Source of the DNA: Klebsormidium nitens
Taxonomy: Eukaryota; Plantae; Klebsormidiophyceae
NCBI GenBank assembly: GCA_000708835.1
Contig: DF237515.1
Coordinates: 1-57,491 of the forward strand
DNA: 57,491 bases
Direction: 5' to 3'
This document shows, in pieces, positions 1 to 10,265 of this stretch (within the stretch, counting starts at the first letter, position 1; the number at the start of each line of letters is the position of its first letter). Both the position numbers and the translations under genes were made by a program. The notes below the pieces were generated by a model, which had not been told where the DNA came from, did no database searches, and saw nothing but the letters and a program-made list of their open reading frames with translations.

Positions 1-492
1 TAGACAGGCAGCGTGTGACCCTGTCCAAACCGTCACAGCATCTCCTCGTTCATTGACTTTCGCCATACTTCACTCCCTTCTCCCCCTACGGCTTCCTGAT
101 AGGTCTGCGGTTCTCGGTGCTCCCCCGTTTCTTTGAGGTGGTCCCCCGCTCTCGGTTTTGCCGCTAGATTAGCGCGGTTTACTCCCCCAGTGCGCGTCTC
201 TCATGCGCGGGGTACCTCTGGGCAGCCGGCGTTTGCATCCTGATATCTCCCTCAATCTTTTCCGGCTCTGCGTGGGTCTCGCGCACAGATTCAAAGTTGC
301 TCTCATTTTGGCCGTTGTGAAAGCGCGCGCGGCGGCCGCAAGTCGTCGAGCAGAGATTCAACTTTGGCACCCCCCGGGCCGCCGTGTGAACATGCTCCTC
401 CGCCGTCTGGGAACCGTCCGTGGGGTCGGAGCTAAGCTCGACAACCCCATTTCCCCCGATCCCCTCGTCAAAGATGACGTCTCGAGAGTTGA

Positions 493-1512
493 TTAACTTC
501 CCGTCACGGTCCTGAACGCCTTCGAGTCCGGCTCGTGCCCCACGAATACACATCGCTCGCTCACCGGATCTAGCGTACGCCTCCGCTGCTTGGGGACGTG
601 GTGGAACGCTCGGGCCCCAAAAACCCTCATATGCCCGACATTCGGCTTTTCACAGAAGAAAAACTTCCCAGGAGTCTTCCCATTGGCGTTCACGGGTGTC
701 CGGTTCCGGGTGTAGTTGGCCGTCATCACGGCTTCCGCCACAACTCTTTTGGCAACCCCGAGTCCTCAAGCATTGCCCGGGTCTTTTCCTCCGAAAACTC
801 GGATAGGCCGTTCCGCCGACCCATTCTGCTTGGCGCTATTGGGGGCGGTATTCTCGTCAACCATCCCCTTGCCCCCGAAAACGTCTTTAAAGGCCTTGTT
901 GACGTACTCCTTGCCCCGGTCCGTACGCACCAACTTGAGCTGCTTCCTCGGCTGCAACTCCAACGGGTTGATCACGTGCTCGGTGACCTTGGCCACCTCG
1001 CTCTTCTGCTTCATGAGGACTACAACCGAGAGTTTGCTGTAGTCGTCCAAGAATGTGGCAAAGTACCGGCTTCCCTCTACCGAGGCTACCGGTATTGGCC
1101 CACAGACGTCCATGTAGACTAGCTCAAGAGGCTCCGTGCTCACCGAATCGGCTCCCGGAAAAGGGAGCCTACTTTGCTTCCCCATTATGCAGGGCTCACA
1201 CACCGAGGTTTCAAGCGCCCTAAATGCACTCGGTTCCACCTCAAGCCCTTCCACGACGTCGCCCTGCACCATTTTCTGAAAGTTTTCGTACCCGACGTGT
1301 CCCAACCGTCGGTGCCACAACTCTGCCGTTTCCGGCTTCTTCACGAAGAAGCACGTGTCCTTCGCCGCCCGGTTGACCACATAGACCCCCTTCACTTTCC
1401 GAGCGACAAGGACTACGTCCCCGTCAACCTCAAGCTCATACCTGCCGTTCTCCTTGAACATCACTGACGCAACCTCGGTGGCCTTGCTCACCGAGATCAA
1501 ATTCGCCGCCAC
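493..1512 (-). pseudogene. Copia integrase, broken into two ORFs
   Basis: ORF 766..1512 has the HHCC and DDE core. ORF 493..741 has the C-terminal domain. They are separated by a stop and a frame change. Confidence 0.88.
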
Positions 1513-2515
1513 CCCTGGAACATATCACCTTCTGCAGAGTGACCAGACTTTCTCCGGGTGGTGTCGCACATTGCAGCTCGACAGAGCCGCTCCCCTCTAC
1601 CCATAGGGTTCCCTTGTCCCCGAAGGTAAATTCTCGGCCACTCTTCTTGAACAGTTCGAGGATCTCAAATAGGCTCTTGTCCCCGGTTATATGTTGGGAG
1701 CTACACGAATCGACGAGCCACTCATTGGTCGACACCCCCCTCAATGACGCAAAAGGCCACACCATTGGGAGGTTTTTCCCCCTTCTTTTGCTCCGGTTGT
1801 GCTCCCGCCTATCCGGCTTACTGCACTTTCGGGCAATGTGACCGCACCATGCGCAATTATAGCACTTGGGCCCTTTGCCCGGGCTTTCATCCTTGCCGTG
1901 GACTTTCTCCTTTCCTTTCCGTCCGGCCACATAGGTCACTGCGGGGTCCGACCCACCGCCGCTCTTTTCTTTGGGCGACTTGTAAAACTCTTGCTCATGC
2001 ACCAAAAGCTTCGGCAGAATCGCATCCACCAAGCTAATGGCGCTCTCCGAAGCCTCCAGGATTCTTCTCAGGATACTAAACGTTTTGGGCAATCCTGCAA
2101 GCACGCTCCATGTTAACTCATTTGGCTTCATCTCAAAATTGGTGGCGACCAAGTCCCTGTACAAATCCTTCGCCCGACCAACATATATGGTCGCGGACTC
2201 ACCCGGCTTCACCTTGAGAGAATGCAACTCTTGCCTGAGGTTGCATCTTCTTTGCATTAGTTGTGCTCTTGTAGGTCTTCTCAAGGAAACCCCAAGCCTC
2301 CTTTGCGGTTTTGCACTCCTCAATCGACCCCAAATGGTCTTCAACGTTTAGCCCAAAGATGGACAACGCTTTCTTTGATTGAGTGGGTGCGCTACGGGAT
2401 CCTCAACCCCGTTCCATAGATCCTTGGAAGTCAAAAGAAACTTGATCTTCAAACTCCACGTTCTATAGTTTTCCGCATCCAACTTATCGATGTGGACCTT
2501 GTATCCGTCGGCCAT
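1436..2515 (-). pseudogene. Copia gag/protease region, frameshifted near 2345-2390 and near 1500
   Basis: ORF 1436..2344 carries the CCHC knuckle and protease motif. The gag N-terminus (2515 to ~2390) lies in a different frame. Confidence 0.85.
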
Positions 2516-2666
2516 TTCTGGGATTGGGTTCCCTTTCTCTCTTTCTGACGACCAAAGGTGGATAATTTCCGTTTAGGCTTTCCCTGCCACTTGATTCCCC
2601 TTACGGGCTTTCACAAGTCGTTTAGCTCAAAGAGCATTCATGTGACGGTTGGACGGGTTTCAACGC

Positions 2667-2686
2667 NNNNNNNNNNNNNNNNNNNN
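2667..2686. other. Assembly gap (20 N)
   Basis: Run of 20 N. Confidence 1.
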
Positions 2687-2871
2687 AAAACCCTAAAACC
2701 CTAAAACCCTAAAACCCTAAAACCCTAAAACCCTAAAACCCTAAAACCCTAAAACCCTAAAACCCTAAAACCCTAAAACCCTAAAACCCTAAAACCCTAA
2801 AACCCTAAAACCCTAAAACCCTTAAACCCAAAAACCCTAAAACCCTAAAACCCTAAAAACCTTAAAACCCT
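2687..2871 (+). repeat. Telomeric repeat tract (CCCTAAAA)n = (TTTTAGGG)n, ~23 units
   Basis: Perfect 8-mer array from the gap to ~2821, then variant units (CCCTTAAA, CCCAAAAA, CCTTAAAA) at the inner boundary. The C-rich strand is on plus, as at a left chromosome end. Confidence 0.97.
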
Positions 2872-3967
2872 AATTTTCAAATTTCGTAATTTTTGCAGAT
2901 TTTGAAAGCGAGTGAGAATTGTGACCCAAATCCAGTAACAACATTGGCCCAATGCAACAAAACCTTCTTTTGTTCACCCAAATACGCAAAAATGACGTCA
3001 TGGCCAGAAATGACGGAAAATCGAAACTCTCCAATCCGAAAGCGCGCCTACGATACCGCCTTTTTCGGTGTGACCACCGCTTTTGCACCTTACGACCGTC
3101 CGATTGGGCCAGGACTGGCCCCTGATCTTTCGAATGGACCGCAATCGCGAGATTCCAAGCACGTGAGAATATAAAAGCGGTCCGTCTACTGGTATATGAC
3201 GCCAGTTTCCACCGGGGTCATCTTTGAGATGCTGAGCCTGACAACCGTTTTGTCCCGGCAGACTTTAGTGTAGTCTGTGTTCCGTCAGGATTCACTGACG
3301 CCGTTTTAAAACCGGCTGACGGCCCAAAGCTTTCAGGCCGAGGGGACCCCGGGCGGGGATGCCTGCCGGGCGCGAGACCAGCCAGTCGTCGACTCGCCGC
3401 ATTCAATCTCCTCCAGCCAGTCGAAAAATGGCCCCAGCTGACGACCGAGCAGTGTGTCACCAAATTCAATGCCAATTATGGCAATGGCAACAATGGCGGT
3501 CTCTCTCTCGCTGAGGCCCAGGGTCTCTCGTTGTCGTAGAGTGCAGCACCACTTTGCCAGGTGCGGCGCACACCGTAATTCTTTCGGACTGCAGCTCAGC
3601 TCTCCCATAATATTAGCTACGCTAGGTTTGGCCCTGCTTCCAGCTTGTTCAGTCCTTGCAACCTTTGAACAACAGAGGTTGCTTCAGGGCGACGCGGACT
3701 GGTTGGAGGTGCTGACGCAGTGAAGCCTCAGCTCCTCTGGCATTGCACGTTCAGGACGAAGCTGTTGCAGCCAGCTGATGTAGACGCACCAGTGTGCCGC
3801 TCAATGACACTATCATGCAGAGTGCTTTGGAATAAAATGTTTGCGGTGTCTCTCTAAAAGCATAGTGCAATGGACGTTGGAATGTCGACTTCCCAAAGCA
3901 CCTGCAAGAAGAACCTTATGCTTTCCTGAAACCTCTGGGTTACATTGGGCGGCATGTGGAGCCAGCG

Positions 3968-6900
3968 ATGCAGTTAGACCTTAGCTTGCCTCCCCACAGC
4001 GACCTGTCCATGGAGGCTCCAGGTCCAGTCCCTCAGGAGCGGTGGCCGGGCGTTATTGACTTGAACCAGGCAGCCCCTCAAGACGACCTTCCGTCAGTCA
4101 GTGGAACGGCACACGAGAATGAGCTGCGCGGCAGGAGCTCCCCTTCTGCCAACGGCGCAAGTGGGCAGAGTGACGGGGCGGTGGGGCGCAGCCGGCGGCA
4201 GTCGGGCAGCCCACTGGAGATCGATGCCATCTCGCGCATGCTCTACTTTGCGAGCCAGGGCAGCGTGGAGGACATCCAGGCCATGCTGGACGACGGGGCA
4301 GGTGAGCTGGCAGGCGCTGCTGCAGAACGAAGCAGCGGGATCCCCCTTGCGGCAAACTGGTACTCAGGATTCTTGAGCTCTGTGCAAGCACAAGTCAGAC
4401 ATTATGCCCGCACAAGAATTTGGCTTACAGGTGGCAGTGCAGCCAGGTGGGCTTCTGGCTCTGGTGATGGCACATGAATGGCCTCCTTCTGGTTGGCTGG
4501 TGGACAGGAGGTTTGGAAGCCGTGCTGCTGCAATTGTCCTTCTTGCAGGTGTTTTGCTAAAGGGCAAATACAAATTTCCATTTCAAAATGCCCACACTTC
4601 AGTTTCAGCTCTCATAGAAGGGCACGTTTTGTCTTCTTGATATCTCTGCGCATCCCCTTATTTTCCCCCTCATTGAATTTTGTTTGCGGGACTTTGTCAA
4701 TCTGCTGAAGGTTTTCGAAATTGGTGCTCTTCTTGAATGGGCACTGCTTGAAGCTCTCTTTCATGTCAAGTCAATGCCAAGTACCTTCAACCTGCAGTCT
4801 TGCAATTGCAACTAGTCACAGACCCCCCTATGGCCCACTTCCTGGCATTTTCTTCTATTTGAGAGCACCCCTCCCCTGCCGACTTCAGATGTGAACAGCC
4901 ACGACTACGACGGGCGCAGCGCGCTCCACCTGGCGGCCAGCGAGGGCAAGCTGGGCGCGGTGCAGCTGCTGCTGGAGCGTGGCGCCAGGGTCAACCCGCT
5001 GGACCGCTGGGGGGGGACGGTGAGGCCCGCGCGCGCACCCCCTCACAATCTTTGAAGTGCAACCTGCCTTGTGAAAGGGGCTCCAGGCATTGGTTTGTCC
5101 TCAAGAATCTGGGCTGGTCACAATTGCAGGGCTCGAGGCTACAGGTTCATCAAACGGCACCCGGCTGGCCCAAGAACATTTGTCCGAGCAAGAGCCCCTG
5201 GTCTGGAGGCAGACTTGCCAGTGTGGTTCGTGCAGGGTGTGTGCTGATGGGGCGCTGTCTTGTTCCTTGTGCAGCCGCTGTCGGACGCTCTCCACTTTGG
5301 GTTTCAGCCGGTGGCGGACCTGCTGCGCAGCCGGGGGGGGCACGTCATTGTGAGTGCAGCGGGCAGCCCCCGTTCTTGTTCTTGGGAACACGGTGCCCAC
5401 TGAGGACGGTGATGCTCTGCAGATCGTTGTATTCAGCCTCATTCTCGTTCATGTCCGAAGACACTGCCTGAGCGGTGTGCTTGTACACTTTTGTATCCTT
5501 TGATCAGGTCTCACTGGCCCCCTCTCTTGTGTCTGTGTGCTCCTCAGAACGAGCGGTTGTCGGATGGCAAGCGGTTCTTGACGAACCCCCCCCAGCGCGC
5601 CTACTCGTCCGACATTGGCCCCGAGTGGGAGTTGGACCCTGCGGAGGTCGACTGGCGCAAGTCGTTCCTCATTGGCAAGGTATGCACCGCACCGCCACCA
5701 TGACACCTTGCCGTGGTTGAAATGCGGAGGGCCTTGCTGAGGCTTGGGATGGGCCTAAGTAGCATTTCAAAGGGTCAGTCCATGATTCCACCCCTTGGAG
5801 TGCAGATTCGTCAAATCCACTTGTCATTACTTCCTTGGCAATTTTGCCTCCTGTCAAATGCTGAAAATTCTGTCAGTTGCAGGGTCGGCCATGTATGGAA
5901 GGCGTTTGCAAAATTGATATTTATATTCTCGATGGGCATCTTCTCTCCCCCCCTCCCTTGCCAGGGTGCGTTTGGCGAGATCCGGCTGGCGTCCTGGCGG
6001 GGCACGCGCGTGGCCGTCAAGTCGCTGCTGCCGTCCCTCTCCCACGACGAGCAGGTCGAGTGAGTGCCCATAGCCAGGACAGGCAGGCCCTTGGCAACAA
6101 GGGGATGCGCCAGGGCTGCTCTTGCATCTCACAAGTGTCAAAACTCTGAAGAGGAACAACAAATGTCCTGGCCAGGCGTAGATATCCATTTCATGTGTCC
6201 GCAATAGAACGTTCTAGCACCCAAGCGGATGGCGCTTGAGCTGGGGCACCAGGTTCCCTTCTGGAGGGTATCTGAGGGCGTGTGTTGGTGCAGGCTGGAG
6301 TTCTTTGACGAGCTGCGCATGCTGTGCAAGCTGCGGCACCCCAACATTGTGCAGTCGCTCGGCGTGGTCACCCACCAGCGGCCCCTCATGCTGCTCTTCG
6401 AGTACCTGCCCAAGGTCAGCACCCACCGTGCGCCCGCGGGCGACCGTTTTGCATCTGGCATCTCGTACCTGATCTTTGTAAGAGTCAGCTAACATGATGG
6501 CCAGATAGGAAAAGTCACTTTACGTTGGAGAACTGAAGTCGTTCTGCGAGGCAGGAACGTAGGCCAGCTTTCACCGAAAAGCATGCCCTACTGAAGTGCT
6601 TCCACACTGGAGCGCACAGTGCCAGGTAGTCCAGCGCCCCGTCAGTCCTGTTCTGCGGAGCAGGGTGCTGCGTGCACGGCTGACCCGCGTGCCCCATTCT
6701 GGTGCGCAGGGTGACTTGGCAGACCTGCTGAGTCGGAAGGGCGCCCTGCCCGCCGCCACCGCCATCCGCTACGCGCTCGACATTGCCAGGTGTGCGCTGA
6801 TGGGACGCCCCACCACGGCCGCTCTAGGCTGGCCCCCCGGGGCTGGCTGTGCCGGTCTATCTTGCACAATCAGGGGCAGCATAAGACAACTCTGGTCCGT

Positions 6901-8764
6901 TTGTAGCCCTGCTTTGAGTTCTTTTAGGAACTTCCGCACATTCTGCGTGCATTTTCTCGATGGTTCTCTCTCGTCTTTCCCCGGGTTAAGTGTTGTCGGA
7001 CTTTCAACATTGGAGCATTCAGAGTCGTTATATTTTGGGCCATCGCGGGTGTGCAGGGGCATGAACTACCTGCACCTGCAACGGCCCAACCCCGTCTTGC
7101 ACCGTGACCTCAAGCCGCGGTGAGCCACGCGACCACCTGCTGCACCTCTCTCACGCTGCCCCCTCCGGTCCCATGGGGCCCGTTGCCTCCGCGGACGTGC
7201 CCGGTGCACCTCCGATTCGACTGCCGCACCTTCAATCTGTTCCCGACCCACAGCTTGAGATGCTTGCCCGGACAATCCTTTGGTCGTGTTTTAGATTCTG
7301 TCATATTTCATCAAGGAGAATTTCAAACGGCTGAAAGGATATCATCCGTCAGACTTTTTGGCAATCTGCACCCACTTTCAACATTCCAGCTGCCCTTTCC
7401 AAGGTCTGCCGCACTTGCTGTGTCCCTGGTAGCTTTGTCCATCAGTCGAGAGGTCTATCGTGGCTGACAGACCGCACGGTGCCGCGCTGCAGGAACCTGT
7501 TGCTGGACGAGTCGGGGCACCTGAAGGTGGCCGACTTCGGGCTGAGCAAGCTGCTGACCACGGACGCCATGCACGAGCAGTACAAGATGACGGGCGAGAC
7601 CGGCACCTGTGAGCCGCCGCCCCACGTCTGTGCTGCACTGCTGCCCCGCCTCCTTGCCCCCTGGCATCAACGCTGACACAAGACGCACCAACCTCGTTGA
7701 CCAGGTTTACAGAGACATGCGCAGCTTGCGGACATGCGAAGGGCCGAGGTGCTCACGGGGAGGTGCCCATCCGGGCCTCCGTGTCCCTTCTTCCTGACTG
7801 ACTCGTGCTCTTTTGCAGATCGGTACATGGCCCCCGAGGTGTTCCGCCACGAGACGTACGACAAGAGCGTCGACGTCTTCTCCTTCGCCGTCATCCTGCA
7901 GGAGGTGCGCGCACCCACGCCCCGCAGGCCAGGAACATGCCCCTCACAGCAGAGCAGTCCGTCCTTCGTTCAAGCAAGGTCGAGAGCAATCTCTGAGTTG
8001 TCACTGACAACTCGTCGTGCTCTGCCTGTCGCTTGTGCGGGTGCCGTCCGTGACCGCTGCTCCTGTTGCTGTGGTGCGCAGATGTTCGAGGGCGGCCCTG
8101 CGTGGCGCTTCACCGCCCCCGAGGAGGTGGCCCGCCAGGTCGCGCTGCGCCACCTGCGGCCGCCCTTCAAGGCCAGCACCTACCCGCTCGGGGTCAAGGA
8201 GTGAGCGCACTTGCTCAGCCCACTGGAGGTCTCGCAGATTACATGGCCGCTGCTCTCTCTGCCACATGAGAAGTCTACCTTCATAATCGTGAAAAGAATA
8301 AATGTAGTAGAGGGGGGGCCCTGCTGGTGGGACACCTGGAGCAGCCTTGGTTGACCTGCCTCGATGGTGCGCCGCATCCGCTGGGCCAGCCATGCGTGGT
8401 CCAAGCAGACGATTGAGGCTGCACCCTCTATCGCGCTCAGGGCAGTCATCTGCACACTCAAGTACCTCGAGCGTTCCCAGAGAACGGCCACTCGCATCTC
8501 ACGATCCTTTGCCTTACCTGTATCTGTGCCTCCACGCGCAGGCTGATCCAGGCGTGTTGGGCAAGCGATGCGCGCTTGCGGCCAACATTCTCTGTGATCA
8601 TCGAGCGGCTGGAGGAGATTGAGGAGTACATGGCTGCCGCGGAGAAGGCGCTGCGCGACGGGTACCCGCTGAGCCAGCTGTGGGGGCTGCCCGGCATGCT
8701 GCACCACCAGCAGCAACCGCACCAGCCGCCACCGCAGCCACAGCCGGGCGTGGGCCACGTGTGA
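3968..8764 (+). CDS. Ankyrin-repeat Raf-like protein kinase (plant integrin-linked kinase / VIK-like, Raf C1 group), 12 exons, ~524 aa
   Basis: Exons 3968-4301, 4889-5019, 5275-5349, 5548-5679, 5965-6059, 6294-6414, 6710-6789, 7057-7119, 7493-7608, 7819-7904, 8082-8200, 8542-8764. All introns are GT-AG and phase-consistent. Ankyrin: DVNSHDYDGRSALHLAASEG..DRWGGTPLSDA. Kinase: GKGAFG, VAVK, HRDLKPRN, DFG, TGETGTYRYMAPE. The start ATG is inferred. Confidence 0.93.
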
Positions 8765-10265
8765 CCCACCGGGACGGGGGTTTTGCGGACAATTCACATA
8801 GGGGGCGCAAGGGGGGTTTGTAAAGCTAAATACATAGGACTAATATAGATACAAGTGTGATCGAGAGACCGGGAATTTGAAATGATCATGACGAGTGTGC
8901 TGCGGCACGGCTGTCCATTTTGACCCTATCATGCACAAGAAGCACTCAGCTATGAAAGACACATCTCTGATTAACGCGGACCTGAGCATCTTGTGATATG
9001 GTCAAGTCAGCCCTGCATTGATGCCACGATGAACCACGTGGTGCACGCGCTGTGGCGGTACTTGGTGGGAGCTTCGGATCCATGATAAAATTGTTCCGTT
9101 CATGCAAATGCTTTTGAACGGCCGGCGCGCAATACTTATTGACGGTACATACTTGGAAAAAGGGCTCCTGCACTATAGCAACAGATATATATCCGGCCGT
9201 CGAATAGATATTATACATATGCAGTCAAGTTTGCAAAGTACGTGCCAGTGGTGAGTCATATGCATAATTTTGAGTGTGATGTCACGGCCTCGGGTTCGGT
9301 TTCGTCGATTAAGCAAACACGAATTAGACTCGCTGATTGCGCAACCCCACATGATTGATCGCGGCACACCATGCTAGTACGTCACATTGATTGTTAAGAG
9401 TCCATGATGTAGATTTGGGCCTTTGCATATTTATAGCTCTTGCTCCGGACGTACATGACTCATAGCTGTGGCAGGCCGCCGGCCTGCGGAGTCAAGGACA
9501 AAGTCCCGAGCGGCCGCGCAAACCGTGCTCCACAGCCATGGTGGCTAAGGGCGTTAATTATTTGGAAGTTACCATCGCAGCGGAAAGCAGACGAACGCCG
9601 CTCAGTGCATGGCCGGCGCCCCGACTTAACTTAGTAAATCAAAATATGCCGGCCGGCCTATAAATTCTATAAAATCTGCTTGCAGAAAATCGATTTTGTA
9701 TGAAAATCGATCGTGACGTTGTTGCCCTAACGCTCCCTATAAGGTTTTCGAAAGTCATCCGCGCTCGAATGCAGAACAACTCGTGCCTTGGAAGTTACCA
9801 GGCGCCATCGGCCGGGCCACGCAGCGGTGGGCTACAGCCTACATATGCATGTGGCAAGTACACGTACGTATATACTGGCAATTTCTAGATCGATGTCACG
9901 CGGCATGGTCCTCCGACCTATAACATGAAAGATCGATCCATGTTGAGCAACTAGTGTTTTCCGTCGGAATGATCCTGTCCGATCCGACGTGACCGTGCAC
10001 ATATGGAGCGTTAACAAATATGGGTCGCGAATGATCGTGAACTCAGGGAATTTTAAAGGTCAAAGTCCCTCGATCAGATGCAATTGACTATTTTAGTCAG
10101 CCCGGGCCTGGGCTCGATGGCTACTAATTCCAACGTCATGCGTGGCGATCATCCCCGTGGTACCTGCGTTGAGCTCTTCAACCAATCTGACAAATATTCG
10201 GTGAAGCAACAAGCTGCTGCTTCAATCCCTCTCGGTCCGTTGCAAACGTAGAAGCTCTCGCGCCG

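Larger units (their letters stand above)
1..2666 (-). mobile_element. Degenerate Ty1/copia LTR retrotransposon (gag-protease-integrase; truncated by window edge and gap)
   Basis: Minus-strand order is gag N-terminus (ATG 2515, MADGYKVHIDKLDAENYRTWSLKIKFLLTSKDLW), UBN2-like gag, zinc knuckle (CYNCAWCGHIARKC), protease (WLVDSCSSQHIT), GAG-pre-integrase (LWHRRLGH, CEPCIMGKQ), integrase core (LELVYMDVCGP..FLDDYS..VRTDRG..QNGSAER) and integrase C-terminus (RVFGARAF..RCVFVGHE). Protease-then-integrase order is copia-type. Several frameshifts and stops are present. Confidence 0.95.

Noticed and set aside
2516-2666. LTR or primer-binding site of the copia element
   Set aside because: No TG..CA LTR end or convincing tRNA-complementary site is recognisable before the gap.
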